A stretch of 64,000 nt of DNA from Bdellovibrionota bacterium (GCA_044345405.1 JBIJBE010000006.1:32001-96000); one strand, 5' to 3'; positions 28,796 through 39,742 are shown, counted from the first letter of the stretch. Made by a program: numbers and translations. The notes: generated from the letters alone by a model not told the origin.

Positions 28796-29353
28796 TTAGT
28801 GCGCGGATGGTTGCTCAGATGGTGCCTCTCCTCGCCCCTTCCCCGCCGGCTTTTCAAGTTGTCGCGGAGCGCCCGGCTGGACCTGAATACGTCGGGCTTG
28901 CAGACGGGACTGCTCGGTTTTTGGCAGAGATACGGTGAGCACTCCTCGGTCGAAGTTCGCCTGTATCTGACTCTCCTGGACTTCTACCCGAAGGGGGATT
29001 CGTCGCTCAAACGCGCCATATCTCCACTCGGAGTAGCGGGCGCCACGGATCTTCGACTCACGTTGCTCCTCCTCTTTCTTTTCACCTTTAAGAACGAGGT
29101 AGCCTGGCTCGAAGGTGACCTCGATATCGCTCTCCTTCATGCCAGGAAGCTCTGCCTGGACTCGGATCTCTCGCTCATCCTCCGACACGGAGACCTCGGG
29201 TTGAAACTCGCGCTGACGAATGGACGAGACTCCGACCGGCTCCCACACGTCCTGAAGCGCGGAGTTAATCGCTCGGCGCATCTGACGAATAATCGGGGCG
29301 AAATCACTGCCAAAGAACTCTTGTGGAATAAGTGGGTACTCACTGCGTGGCAT
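28796..29353 (-). CDS. Hsp20/alpha-crystallin small heat shock protein
   Basis: AELPGM, LVLKGEK, YGAFERRIPL and GVLTVSLPK; GGAGG RBS favours the ATG at 29353. Confidence 0.93.
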   Translation of the reverse strand: MPRSEYPLIPQEFFGSDFAPIIRQMRRAINSALQDVWEPVGVSSIRQREFQPEVSVSEDEREIRVQAELPGMKESDIEVTFEPGYLVLKGEKKEEEQRESKIRGARYSEWRYGAFERRIPLRVEVQESQIQANFDRGVLTVSLPKTEQSRLQARRIQVQPGAPRQLEKPAGKGRGEAPSEQPSAH

Positions 29354-29468
29354 AGAAACCTCCATAGGTACATAGTTTAGCTCGGGAACATTCCCGCACT
29401 AGGAGGGTACCGTTGAACTTCGACGCCGCTCATGACTGAGGTCATTTGCGGAGGGCGCGCTGAGTTCG

Positions 29469-29852
29469 CTACGCCGCTTGTGTAAGAGCTATCTGCCGAT
29501 GACAGGAAGAGCAGTTCTCATAGAACGGATACTGCTCTTGGTTGGTTAAAACGTTAAGTGGCTTATGGCAGGCGGGACAATCAACCTTCGCCGAGAGGAT
29601 CTTGGTTTTTACACGGAAGGTGTAGATAGTCATAATGGGCGTTACCACAAGGAGACCAAGCGGCACCAAGAAGAAGTGCGCGACAGGAATAAATACGCAC
29701 AACACAGTGGCCCCAAGACATTTGAGCGCCATCATCCATGCTCGTTTAATACGCCCCTGTTCGCTAAACTCAAGCACCTCCATGGTGCCGTACGTTGTTA
29801 CCTCATTACTTGTCGCGAGTATCTTTCGGGTGTGTTGGGTGGTGTGGTGCAT
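29469..29852 (-). CDS. Small membrane protein with C-terminal zinc ribbon
   Basis: Two TMs (FIPVAHFFLVP) followed by CPAC...CSSC. Confidence 0.7.
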   Translation of the reverse strand: MHHTTQHTRKILATSNEVTTYGTMEVLEFSEQGRIKRAWMMALKCLGATVLCVFIPVAHFFLVPLGLLVVTPIMTIYTFRVKTKILSAKVDCPACHKPLNVLTNQEQYPFYENCSSCHRQIALTQAA

Positions 29853-29911
29853 GGTTGGTTTGTAGCACTGGAATCGGAGCGTTTCCTATAGGGAATTTCC
29901 CGTGTCAGTGA

Positions 29912-31399
29912 CTACGGCTCGAGCTCAACCGTCGTTGGAAGAAGGCCGTGAAAGAGATCGTGCTCTAGCTTCTGCCACATCATGTATCGTCTCCGTCGTT
30001 CAGGATGCTGTGGTTGATAGCTCTTTTTCGGAGGCTCCTTTGTGAACTCACGGGTTGATGGGAGTTTTTCGGCGTAAACCAGCGCGGCGAGCGCGGCGCC
30101 CCGCGCGGTGGCTTCACGGGTTGGCATACGGTGAAGGGTTCTGCCACTCACGTCGGAGATATACTGCAAGAGATAGTCGAGTTCAGATCCTCCACCGGTT
30201 ACGACGATCTCGTTATTCTCATCGGGACCAAGGAGCCCCTTATCCTGAAACTCCTCTATCATCCGCACGATTAGATTCCCCACGTTCTCAACAATCGCTC
30301 GAACTTTATCACTAACAGTTGCGCCAGCCTTACAGAAGAGCGCGTTCGGTGTGCGCTCTGGATGCCACGGTGGAGAAGGGCGATGATTCACGAAGTACGC
30401 GGTCGCTATACCCTCAGGGTGTCGCTCATATGACTCCACGCACATCGTGTGGAGATCGGCGGTATCGTGACACCATCCTCTGCGGAGGGATTCCATAAGA
30501 ACCGTCCCCGTTATGGCCGAAGTGATCTCAACCAGATATTCCTTACGAACATCTTTGGTGACCGGGTCCTCTCGTGAAAAGAGCACACTCGTCATGAGCC
30601 CCATCTTTTGCACCCGCCGTTCGCCGGTCTCAACGACAAGCGAGGCGATCGTGCCAAGATTGAGGAGCGCGTATCCGCTCTCTCCCGGACGACCGAGGAC
30701 AGCCGCTTGTTGATCGCCGAGAACAGCGACCACAGGGATCTCCTCGAAGGTCGTATGGGCTGCGAACGATGGTCGAATCGGCGCGAGACGAGCGCGATCA
30801 ACTTTAAAGTCACGGCACAATTGCTCGCTCCAACCGCCCGTGGCGATCGGATAGAGCATGGTGCGCGCTGCCATGGTCTCTTCAGTGGCGAAAAGGTGCC
30901 GGCCACTTAATCGATACAGGATAAACGACTCTAAGGTACCGACCTTCACCGAGGGCTCAAGGAACTTACGTTGCAGAAGGTGGATCTTTCCCGCGGCGAA
31001 GTTGGGAATCGTAGGAAGACCCGTCAGCTCGGAGATACGCTCACTGTAGCGACCAAAACTTTGAATAATCGGAAAGGTGCGGGTATCGGCCCACGTAATC
31101 ATGGGATGCAGGGGCACCCCATCTGAAGATCGCCACGCGAGTACACCCGAACGCTGGACGGCAAGTCCGGCAGCTACGATCTTTGAGTCGTTCGCGCTCG
31201 CCCACTGCCTCGCTTTGAGAAACACCTCTACCACAGAGGAGAGAAGTCCCTCCGCGTCCTGCTCAACCGTTCTCTCAACTTCTACACGGGGAGGAACCGC
31301 GACAGTAAAGTCGGCGACAGATTGCCCGGATGCGTCGAGTAGTACCCCTTTCGTGGAGCTCGAACCCTGGTCGATTCCTAAGAACATAGAGCCGGTCAT
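29912..31399 (-). CDS. FGGY-family carbohydrate kinase (glycerol kinase-like, divergent)
   Basis: GIDQGSSSTK, WADTRT, GDQQAA, TGGGS and EATARGAA. Confidence 0.85.
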   Translation of the reverse strand: MTGSMFLGIDQGSSSTKGVLLDASGQSVADFTVAVPPRVEVERTVEQDAEGLLSSVVEVFLKARQWASANDSKIVAAGLAVQRSGVLAWRSSDGVPLHPMITWADTRTFPIIQSFGRYSERISELTGLPTIPNFAAGKIHLLQRKFLEPSVKVGTLESFILYRLSGRHLFATEETMAARTMLYPIATGGWSEQLCRDFKVDRARLAPIRPSFAAHTTFEEIPVVAVLGDQQAAVLGRPGESGYALLNLGTIASLVVETGERRVQKMGLMTSVLFSREDPVTKDVRKEYLVEITSAITGTVLMESLRRGWCHDTADLHTMCVESYERHPEGIATAYFVNHRPSPPWHPERTPNALFCKAGATVSDKVRAIVENVGNLIVRMIEEFQDKGLLGPDENNEIVVTGGGSELDYLLQYISDVSGRTLHRMPTREATARGAALAALVYAEKLPSTREFTKEPPKKSYQPQHPERRRRYMMWQKLEHDLFHGLLPTTVELEP

Positions 31400-31645
31400 G
31401 GTATCGTTGGTAAGGATTGCTAACTATTCGCTCTTCGCGTGAAGCTTCTTCTCGCGGCGGGGCACGCAAGGTACCCCTTAGTGTCCCATGGAGATGGCTG
31501 GCCAAGCAATCGAAGTTATTCGGTTATTTTATAATATAGCTAATAGTACCGAGGCTTTACATTTAAGCCGTTTCCCCGAACAATAGACCGCCGAAGGAGA
31601 TCGTAACTTCGGTGGTGTTTTCTCTAGGTATCAGGAGTCGTTCAG

Positions 31646-32623
31646 ATGAGCTCGCATAAAAAACGTTCCCTCACGGGCTTAAAGCCAACGGGCAACCTCC
31701 ACCTCGGCAACTACCTCGGGGCGTTAAAACCTGCTCTTGAGCTCTCGAAGAGCTACGACTGTATCTACTTCATCGCGGATCTCCACTCGCTCACCCAAAA
31801 CAGAGACGCTGACGCGCTCGCGAGCCAAACGCTCGATCAGGTGGCGACCTGGCTCGCTATCGGTCTCGACACCGATAAACACACCCTCTTTAGACAGTCA
31901 GATGTACCGAGCGTCACTGAGTTGACGTGGTACTTAAGCTGCGTAACGGGGCACGGACTTCTTGAAAAGGCGCACGCCTTCAAGGATGCCGCGGCGAAGG
32001 GACTTGAGGTGAACATGGGGACCTTCTCGTACCCTGTGCTCATGGCTGCCGACATTCTCCTCTACGACACGGATATCGTGCCGGTTGGAAAAGACCAAAA
32101 ACAGCACGTTGAGATGGCGCGTGATATGGCGGGATCGCTCAACGCGACCTACGGCGAACTCCTCAAGCTTCCTGAGCCACTCATTCAGGAAGAGGTAATG
32201 ACCATCCCCGGGTTAGATGGGCGGAAGATGTCGAAGTCGTATAACAACGAAGTGCCTCTTTTCTGCGATGAGAAGAGCCTTCGGAAAAAACTTATGTCCC
32301 TCAAGACCGATTCAACAGGCTTAGAGGAACCAAAGACACTCGCCGGCTCGACCGTTGGTGAACTCTTCAGTCTCTTCGCGACCAAGGACCAGTACGACGA
32401 CCTCGCCGCGCGGCTCGCGAAGGGTGGCATGGGATGGGGACACGCAAAAGATGAGCTCTTCGTTGCTATCAACGAGCACGTCAAAGAGATGCGGGATCGA
32501 TACAACGAATATCGCAAAGACGAGTCGCTGCTCCGCAAGGAGTTAGCTAAGGGCGCGGAGAAGGCGCAGGCAGTCGCGTCAAAAACAATCGAACGTGTAA
32601 GGCACGCAGTTGGTCTCAGGTAG
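31646..32623 (+). CDS. trpS: Tryptophan--tRNA ligase
   Basis: HLGN, YPVLMAADIL, VPVGKDQKQH and KMSKS. Confidence 0.97.
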   Translation: MSSHKKRSLTGLKPTGNLHLGNYLGALKPALELSKSYDCIYFIADLHSLTQNRDADALASQTLDQVATWLAIGLDTDKHTLFRQSDVPSVTELTWYLSCVTGHGLLEKAHAFKDAAAKGLEVNMGTFSYPVLMAADILLYDTDIVPVGKDQKQHVEMARDMAGSLNATYGELLKLPEPLIQEEVMTIPGLDGRKMSKSYNNEVPLFCDEKSLRKKLMSLKTDSTGLEEPKTLAGSTVGELFSLFATKDQYDDLAARLAKGGMGWGHAKDELFVAINEHVKEMRDRYNEYRKDESLLRKELAKGAEKAQAVASKTIERVRHAVGLR

Positions 32624-33503
32624 TTCCCCGATCACGCTTACGCGCTCTGAATGGGAAGCTCGGCGCGAGGCGCACGTGGAGCGGGTGGGTGCGTGGGCAG
32701 ACGCTCGAGTCTCTCGCGCGAGTCGTGACGTCCCAGATCCGGTATACGATTTCCTCTTTAACTACTATCCCTTTCGTCCATCCCACCTCAAACGATGGAG
32801 CCCTGGAATCGGCGTAACGCTTGAGGGGGCGACAACAGAGGATCTCGATTGGTCTGATGATTTTGCCGTCACCGATGATGGGGCGACTATCTCTCCACTC
32901 TCCTTTCCAGAGCGGAGAAGACCGTTCCTGGAGTGGGCATTGAAATACTTAACCGGCATCGCCAATCGTCCACCACAGTTTAGCTGCTTCGGGCTTCACG
33001 AATGGGCGATGGTGTATCGGAGTGACGCTCCTCGTCACAGCCAGGTCCCTCTTCGACTCCCCACAGATGAGGTAAACGCTATCGTTGAAGGCTCTGACCT
33101 TAGGTGCACTCACTTTGACGCCTTTCGTTTCTTCACCCCTGATGCAGTGCCCCTCAACAAAAACAAACTCTCGCGAGATGCTACCACCGACTTTGACCAA
33201 CGAGCGTGCATCCACGTGACGATGGACCTCTATCGATTCGCTCATAAGATCGCGCCGTGGTGTTCGAGCGAACTTATCGCGGACACATTCCTTCTCGCAG
33301 CCGACGCTCGGCGGATCGATATGCGGGCGAGCCCGTACGATCTTAAGGACCAGGGCTTCGAGCCGATACTGATTGAAACAGCGACGGGACGTGAGGAGTA
33401 TATTCAAGAGCAACGACGACTTGCGGAGCTTGCGGTGCCGCTGCGTGCCCGTCTTATCTCGTTCTATGAGCGACTCATTGCGGCGTACGCGAAGGCGTCC
33501 TGA
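32610..33503 (+). CDS. Conserved protein of the family usually annotated '3-methyladenine DNA glycosylase'
   Basis: PVYDFLFNYY, CFGLHEWAMVY, CTHFDAFRFFT, CIHVTMDLY and DMRASPYDL. Confidence 0.8.
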   Translation: MVSGSSPITLTRSEWEARREAHVERVGAWADARVSRASRDVPDPVYDFLFNYYPFRPSHLKRWSPGIGVTLEGATTEDLDWSDDFAVTDDGATISPLSFPERRRPFLEWALKYLTGIANRPPQFSCFGLHEWAMVYRSDAPRHSQVPLRLPTDEVNAIVEGSDLRCTHFDAFRFFTPDAVPLNKNKLSRDATTDFDQRACIHVTMDLYRFAHKIAPWCSSELIADTFLLAADARRIDMRASPYDLKDQGFEPILIETATGREEYIQEQRRLAELAVPLRARLISFYERLIAAYAKAS

Positions 33504-33536
33504 GAGAGAGACTCCTGAAAATACGATTGCTCACAA

Positions 33537-34292
33537 TCAGCCAAGCTTCTTGTGGATCATGCCAAATAAACCGGTCATGATCTTTAGCTCCCTTGTCGAG
33601 AGTCTCCCACGTCGGGTGATGTTCACGAGGAGCTCCTCAATGTGATTGGGCGAGTTCTCATTTAAAAATCCAACCTGCTCAGCGGTACGCAGCACCATCT
33701 GCGTGAACTGCTCCAATTGTCCACTTGTTGGAAGGTCCTTGATATCATCGCCGATAGCTTCGTGTGAGCGACGCCTGAGCGCGTACAACGCGAGGATGAC
33801 TGATTGCGCGAGGTTGTAGGAAGGATTCTCACTCGATGAGGGGATACGGATGAGGTTTTGACAGAGGGGGAAATGCTCTCGACGCAAGCCGCGTTCTTCT
33901 GATCCGAAGACGAGCGCGACGGTGCGCTCTCCACGCATATCAAGGGTGCCGATCCAATCCTCAAGGATCCGCTGAGACATTCGATGACTGCTACTATCAG
34001 ACGCGAATCCTACCACCTCATGCGCGTCTGAGACTGCATCCGCCAAGGTGGCATGAGTCGTAACGGAATCGAGCAGAGACTCTCCCCAGCACGCGACCCC
34101 CTTCGCTACGATCATGTCGAAGGGCTCAGGTTGTACAAGTCTGAGGTCATGCACCTCAAGGTTACTCATCGCGCGAGCGACCGCTCCGATGTTACGAGGG
34201 TCTTTGGGCTCAACCAACACGACAATAAGTCTCAAGGTAGACGAGGGTGCTGTAAGATCGCCGAGCGCTTTTTTGGGGTTTTGGTCACTCAT
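33537..34292 (-). CDS. trmJ: TrmJ/LasT family SPOUT RNA methyltransferase
   Basis: VLVEP...NIGAVARAMSN, ALVFGSEERGL and SYNLAQSV. Confidence 0.85.
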   Translation of the reverse strand: MSDQNPKKALGDLTAPSSTLRLIVVLVEPKDPRNIGAVARAMSNLEVHDLRLVQPEPFDMIVAKGVACWGESLLDSVTTHATLADAVSDAHEVVGFASDSSSHRMSQRILEDWIGTLDMRGERTVALVFGSEERGLRREHFPLCQNLIRIPSSSENPSYNLAQSVILALYALRRRSHEAIGDDIKDLPTSGQLEQFTQMVLRTAEQVGFLNENSPNHIEELLVNITRRGRLSTRELKIMTGLFGMIHKKLG

Positions 34293-34449
34293 AGAAAATA
34301 GCTCTGCACAGGATATATCCTATTTTCAAAAGCAGGTCTGCTATCGCTCCAACTCCCCGATTTTACGGCCCGTTTCAGGGTCTCGGGCTCTAGCCTCACC
34401 GATCGTATTGAGGCATCATAAGGCCAAGACCTTTTTTGAGGATGATCGT

Positions 34450-35631
34450 ATGGCTCCTTCCGCGAAACTCTCTTGGCCCCTCCTTGGTAAGATCTCCCAA
34501 AAGGAGTTCCTCACCCGCTATTGGCAGAAGAAGCCCCTCTTGATGAAAGGTGCCATTCAGCCCTTCCCTGAGATCATCTCCCCCGAAGAGCTCGCCGGCA
34601 TGACCCTCGACAAGCAGGTCGAGTCACGCCTCATCATCCAGGGACCTGGCAAAAACGACTGGCAGCTCAAGCGTGGGCCGTTCAAGTCATCGACGTTTCA
34701 AAAACTCCCCAACAAGAAGTGGACCTTTCTTGTAAATGGTGTGGACCGATTCGTCCCCTCCGTTCACGCGTTTCTTGATGAGTTCTCGTTCATTCCGTTC
34801 TGGCGCATGGACGACATCATGATCAGCTACGCGGTTGACCAAGGAAACGTCGGCGCGCACGTAGACAACTTCGATGTATTCCTCGTTCAAGCGGCGGGCA
34901 AGCGAGAGTGGATGATTGAGGATAAACCGGTCATGAAGGATGACTTTATCCCTGATCTTCCCGTGAGACTTCTCAGGAAATTCAAGCCGACCCATCGCTG
35001 GGTGCTTGAGCCGGGTGACATCCTTTACCTTCCACCACGATTCCCTCACCACGGCGTTGCGCAGGGCGATCGATGTATGACTATATCAGTAGGATGCAGA
35101 GCCCCATCGATGAATGAGATCATCAACGGTGTGGTTACCAACGCGCTGATCCAAAGTGATGAGTCCGTTCGATATACCGATCCTGATCTGAAGCCCCAAG
35201 CACCTGGAGAGATCTCCGCGGACGCTATCGCGAAGATCAAGAATACCCTCGAAAAAGCGCTTCTTTCAGATGAGTTTCTGAGTGAGTGGCTCGGTCGACA
35301 TGTGACAGATCCGTACTCCGACGTTGACCTCAAGGGATACGCGGAGAAGGTAACTCCAGCGAAGGTAGCCTCCACGGTGAAAAAGAGCGTTGCTCTCGTG
35401 CGAACCGAAGGGTCCCGCCTTGCGTACGTAAAGGGGAAGAAGGGAGAGATCGCGTTCTATGTAAACGGCGATCGAGAGAACCTCTCTGGAAAAGCGGCTG
35501 TACTCGCGCAAGAACTGGCGAACCGCATGGTGGTGCCGAGCGAAGTTGTTATGCCCTTCCTGGGGGATAAAAAATGCCTGGGGCTCTTGGCGTCGCTACT
35601 CTCGTCCGGCTCTTTAGTTGTTGAGAGCTAA
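34450..35631 (+). CDS. roxA: JmjC/cupin ribosomal protein uL16 3-hydroxylase (RoxA/YcfD)
   Basis: FLTRYWQKKPLL, WRMDDIMISYA, GAHVDNFDVFLVQ, LEPGDILYLPP and HHG; ATG at 34450. Confidence 0.9.
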   Translation: MAPSAKLSWPLLGKISQKEFLTRYWQKKPLLMKGAIQPFPEIISPEELAGMTLDKQVESRLIIQGPGKNDWQLKRGPFKSSTFQKLPNKKWTFLVNGVDRFVPSVHAFLDEFSFIPFWRMDDIMISYAVDQGNVGAHVDNFDVFLVQAAGKREWMIEDKPVMKDDFIPDLPVRLLRKFKPTHRWVLEPGDILYLPPRFPHHGVAQGDRCMTISVGCRAPSMNEIINGVVTNALIQSDESVRYTDPDLKPQAPGEISADAIAKIKNTLEKALLSDEFLSEWLGRHVTDPYSDVDLKGYAEKVTPAKVASTVKKSVALVRTEGSRLAYVKGKKGEIAFYVNGDRENLSGKAAVLAQELANRMVVPSEVVMPFLGDKKCLGLLASLLSSGSLVVES

Positions 35632-35647
35632 ACACTACGCCGATCTC

Positions 35648-35763
35648 CTGGTACACCCTACTTTTCACAAGTAGGCGAAGTTGTTGATATCGAGGGGTAA
35701 CTGAAACCATTTCTGATATACGCCGCGGCGCTCGGTCGGCTTCGATAAAGTAGGGGGTACCAG
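35648..35763. mobile_element. 116-bp MITE-like element, copy A
   Basis: 17-bp terminal inverted repeats CTGGTACACCCTACTTT / AAAGTAGGGGGTACCAG; near-identical to 39409-39524. Confidence 0.75.
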
Positions 35764-35859
35764 AGGATTGGGCTACGTTTCATTCTTCTGTAGCTCGGCA
35801 ATAGATAAATGCTAGTAGGTGAAGTGTACCGGAGGAAAAACTATACGTTGCGGCTCAGC

Positions 35860-38800
35860 CTAGTGGAGGAAATCCTCGGTTTGAGTAGGCAGTTCCTGAA
35901 TCAATCGCTGCGTAAGCGAGAGAACCGGGTCGAGCGCAGCGAAGAGCTGCGTCAGTTCATCAGAAGAAATAGAATGTTCAGCGATGCCCCGCCAACGTTC
36001 CTCGCGCTCTTCAACGATACTCGTGGCAGAGCGAGCGCCGACATCGAGAAGCAAGCCCCTGAGGGAGTGTAGTCCCCTCAACGTAGCTCTGTTGTCACCC
36101 ATCTCAACACTATGCTCCAGAACGGAGCGGATATCTCCGAATGAAATTAAGAATGACTCAAGAATCCTCCGGGTATTTTGAAGCGACATGCCTGAACGTG
36201 CAAGGAGCTCCTCGATATCGATCAGGTGCCCGACATCTTGGTGGTCTACCGACGGCGGGCTATCGTCGAGCGAAAGCTCGGATACGAGGCTTCTCAGGGT
36301 TTTCCCAATGGAACGATCCGGCTTATAAGCGCCAGCGTGGTGGGAGGATGTCCCCATATAGGCGTGGATAACCCTCTCAAGGTCTTGCTCGCTTACCGGC
36401 TTCGTAAGGACCTCGTCGACTCCCGAGAGCTTAATATGCTCGACTTCGTCAGGTAGTGCTCGAGCCGTAACGGCGATTATCGGAAGGTGACGCTCTTTGC
36501 CGGAACATTCCTCAATGAGCCGTATGCGTTTGGTCGCGACATCTCCATCCATGAGAGGCATTTGTATGTCGGTAATGACGAGATCAATTGGGGATGTTGC
36601 GGAATTACCCGAAGCGACAGGACGGAGGCGATCCAAGAGCTCCAGTCCATTCGTTACCACTTCTACGTGGTGTCCGATATCCTCTAGAAGTGACCGCAAA
36701 ATAAATGCGTTGGTGGGTGTATCTTCCGCCAGTAAAACATTAAGGCGCCTGCTTGTAGGAGCCGATGTATCTCTCCGCTCGGCAAGTCCCGGGGGTAATT
36801 CGACCATGAATTTGTCGATTTCGCGAACAATGTCCTCCGCACTCGCTGGCATCGGAATAAATGAACTGACTCCAAGGCTTGTAAGCTCCTCCCTAACGAG
36901 GATATCGGCCGAATCTGCAACTACTATCAACGGGAGTGATACATCTGTGACGACCGACATTATCTGCTTAATGAGGGGAATATCTTTAGAAGCGTCTCCC
37001 ATAGTCACGACGCCATCCACCCGAGAGAGTTGTTCTTCCCACTTCGGGCTCTCAGAGGGCTCGACGAGTTCCACCGAGTGCCCGTAGTGAGACAACGAGG
37101 CACTCAAGAACCTCCCACTTCTTGAGGCTCCACCAACAAGCGCCAAACGTCGCGTGATAGAGCCCGTCGATTGGCGGGCCTCATTGAGGAGAGGGCCTCG
37201 CTCAAATGGTATGGTAACAGTGAAAGTTGTTCCCTCATCTGGAAGGCTTGAGACAGATATCGTTCCCCCTTGTTGGGTTACTATCTGCTGGACGATTGTC
37301 AGTCCCAAGCCAGTTCCCGGAAGTGCCGACGAAGCAGCTGCTCGCACTTGATAAAACGGTGTGAAGACATGGGGAAGCTGCCGAGGAGATATCCCAATTC
37401 CAGTATCGCGCACGGTAAAAATTATAGGGATGAGAGCTCCGTTGCTTTCTGATCCTATCGCTACCCGCAGCTCAACTTCGCCCGCTCGGGTGAATTTGAA
37501 GGCATTAGCTAGAAGATTTATGAGCACCTGACTAAGCCTTCTAGAATCTCCCGTCAGCAGGTCCGGCACATTCGGCGCGATGTCATACAACAATTCGATC
37601 GGTCGAGGCTCGCTGACTCTGCGCGTGTCCGCATTACGCAAACAGCTTCTAAGTACCTGCCGAAGATGAAAGGGACGTTTTTCCAAGGGCAGCTTTCCCG
37701 CCTGGAACTTTGCGAAATCGAGAATTTCATTAATAGTATCATTAAGCCCACGAACTGAGTCGTTTGCCATCTCGATAAAGGCTAGCTTGCTCTCAGAAAC
37801 CTCATGTTTCTTGAGTATCCTTAGCATTCCCATAACACTTTGAATTGGTGTGCGAAGCTCGTGGGAAACTAACGCAATGAACCTAGACTTTGATTCGTTA
37901 GCCTGCTGAGCCACCCTCTTGGCTTCAAAGAGCCTCGAATAAGAAGCATTCAGCGTTTTCAATAACCCGTTAAATACCTTCGCAAGTCGACCTATCTCGT
38001 CGTTGCCCTGAGACTCAACTAAGAGCGTCAGATCGCTTGTCTTCGAAATGGTTTCCATGTTCCGAGTGAGTATCGAGAGAGGTCTCAAGAGAAATTTATC
38101 AAGAAGCAAAAGAACGATCCCATTTGCGACCAGAAGCAAAAATCCCATCATCCAAAGCAATGAAGAGCGCGCCTTCATTGCTCGGTCAAAGATCTCGCGA
38201 GATTGGGAAAACTGTACTGAGAGAACCTGGTTGCCGCCCAGTCCAGGGATACTCCCGACAACAGACATCCCGCCAGATTCTGCCCGCGAAGTAACCAGCT
38301 CGGGACTGCCATTATTCTGCTTCACCGATGAATCCGGCACATTTGTCGCTGTAAACGTCAAAGGCAACTGTGACTGCTTTCTAATCTGCTCCTGTAATGT
38401 CTCAGAGAATGTTTTGGTAAATATAAGATATCCAGAGTGTTTTTTACTTTGGTAATTATCGGTAACTGTCGACACTGCGACAAACACCGGCATTCCCGAC
38501 ACAAGAATTAAACCTGCTAAACCCTCGTCAGTAGGATTTCGTAGGAATGACGCGATCTGTTTCTGACGGATTATCTCGTTGGCCTTCTGTGCCTCAAGAG
38601 GAACTATCTTTTTTCTCTCATACGAGAGCTCCCCAGCGTGATGAATTTTCCCATCACCCTTCAGAAATAAGAAATGCTCCGTTTCAAAGGCCTCCAGTGC
38701 GGTGTAGGTGAGGTTCGCCTCAATATAGTCTGCGTTTTTCCCGAGCAGGAAATTCTCTGTTTCGTCCCAGTGTCCCCAATCCAGAACCCTATCGAGCGAA

Positions 38801-38976
38801 GCGCCCTGAATAGCGATAAAGCCTTGATTGACCCGCTCAAGATTCTTTCTTGCTACCTCAATTTCAAATGCCTTGACCTGCTTGAGGAGGTGCTCTGAAA
38901 AGATGACCTGAATGCAGGCAACTATTCCTACAAAGATACTACTAAGAATAGCAATAGTTTTTAGTCTGAGTCCCAT
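35860..38976 (-). CDS. Hybrid sensor histidine kinase (CHASE4-HAMP-HisKA-HATPase-REC-Hpt)
   Basis: DWGHWDET (CHASE4), DEIGRLA, SHELRTP, NLLANAFKFT, GTGLGL, DIQMPLMDG and the Hpt motif HSLRG. Confidence 0.9.
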   Translation of the reverse strand: MGLRLKTIAILSSIFVGIVACIQVIFSEHLLKQVKAFEIEVARKNLERVNQGFIAIQGASLDRVLDWGHWDETENFLLGKNADYIEANLTYTALEAFETEHFLFLKGDGKIHHAGELSYERKKIVPLEAQKANEIIRQKQIASFLRNPTDEGLAGLILVSGMPVFVAVSTVTDNYQSKKHSGYLIFTKTFSETLQEQIRKQSQLPLTFTATNVPDSSVKQNNGSPELVTSRAESGGMSVVGSIPGLGGNQVLSVQFSQSREIFDRAMKARSSLLWMMGFLLLVANGIVLLLLDKFLLRPLSILTRNMETISKTSDLTLLVESQGNDEIGRLAKVFNGLLKTLNASYSRLFEAKRVAQQANESKSRFIALVSHELRTPIQSVMGMLRILKKHEVSESKLAFIEMANDSVRGLNDTINEILDFAKFQAGKLPLEKRPFHLRQVLRSCLRNADTRRVSEPRPIELLYDIAPNVPDLLTGDSRRLSQVLINLLANAFKFTRAGEVELRVAIGSESNGALIPIIFTVRDTGIGISPRQLPHVFTPFYQVRAAASSALPGTGLGLTIVQQIVTQQGGTISVSSLPDEGTTFTVTIPFERGPLLNEARQSTGSITRRLALVGGASRSGRFLSASLSHYGHSVELVEPSESPKWEEQLSRVDGVVTMGDASKDIPLIKQIMSVVTDVSLPLIVVADSADILVREELTSLGVSSFIPMPASAEDIVREIDKFMVELPPGLAERRDTSAPTSRRLNVLLAEDTPTNAFILRSLLEDIGHHVEVVTNGLELLDRLRPVASGNSATSPIDLVITDIQMPLMDGDVATKRIRLIEECSGKERHLPIIAVTARALPDEVEHIKLSGVDEVLTKPVSEQDLERVIHAYMGTSSHHAGAYKPDRSIGKTLRSLVSELSLDDSPPSVDHQDVGHLIDIEELLARSGMSLQNTRRILESFLISFGDIRSVLEHSVEMGDNRATLRGLHSLRGLLLDVGARSATSIVEEREERWRGIAEHSISSDELTQLFAALDPVLSLTQRLIQELPTQTEDFLH

Positions 38977-39408
38977 ACGCCTCTATATGAGTCGTTCGGC
39001 TCATGCTGGTCTTCCCTCAATAAAAAGGCTCTCAATCGGTCGAAGGGTGGTAAGAAGATTGCGCTTTTTTGTAAGTATCTGAAATAGGAATAAGACTTCC
39101 ACCTACGCTAAAGCCTCCTAAACTAGTACACCCTACTTTGCAGCGACGTCATTCGCCTCTCAGAGGTGTGTCGGTAGCGGTAATTATTGCTTTGTAATTG
39201 CGGGTATCAACTCGCATCAAAAGCACCACGCACCAGGTAGGCAGCCCTACCAATCGTAGACCCGCGTCTCCTCATGGCACTCGCAAAATTAGACAATATA
39301 ACCACAAATTTTGCGAGTATCTCTCAGTGACTGCCACGGGTTTCACTCAAGAGGTGGCACCTGTGCGTATGACATTCTGCGATCGAATGAGTGTGTAGCA
39401 CCTATCTC

Positions 39409-39524
39409 CTGGTACACCCTACTTTTCAAAAGTAGGCGAAGTTGTTGATATCGCTGGGTAGCTAAAACTATTTCTGATACACGCCGCGGCGCTCGGTCGG
39501 CTTCGATAAAGTAGGGTGTACCAG
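39409..39524. mobile_element. 116-bp MITE-like element, copy B
   Basis: Perfect TIRs CTGGTACACCCTACTTT / AAAGTAGGGTGTACCAG; a lone TIR also occurs at 39123-39139. Confidence 0.75.
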
Positions 39525-39742
39525 AGGATTGCCCGATGATTGGGGGTAGCCTCGCCTGGGCTCCACCCTTGCGGGCTCCGCTCGGCTCACCGAATGGATA
39601 AGTCGACCTCAGGAACTACCGTTGAAATGTCCCTGCTGACCCAAACTACTCAATACCCTTTAGGAATGGGTGGTCGTTTAGTCATTGAACCCGGCTTAGT
39701 GGGTTAGTCACAAGTCAGTGTTCCTCGCAAGGGCGAATACAC

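Noticed and set aside
29354-29468. CIRCE operator upstream of hsp20
   Set aside because: No TTAGCACTC-N9-GAGTGCTAA match.
34114-34449. N-terminal extension of roxA
   Set aside because: It overlaps the divergent trmJ gene, and family similarity begins only after the ATG at 34450.
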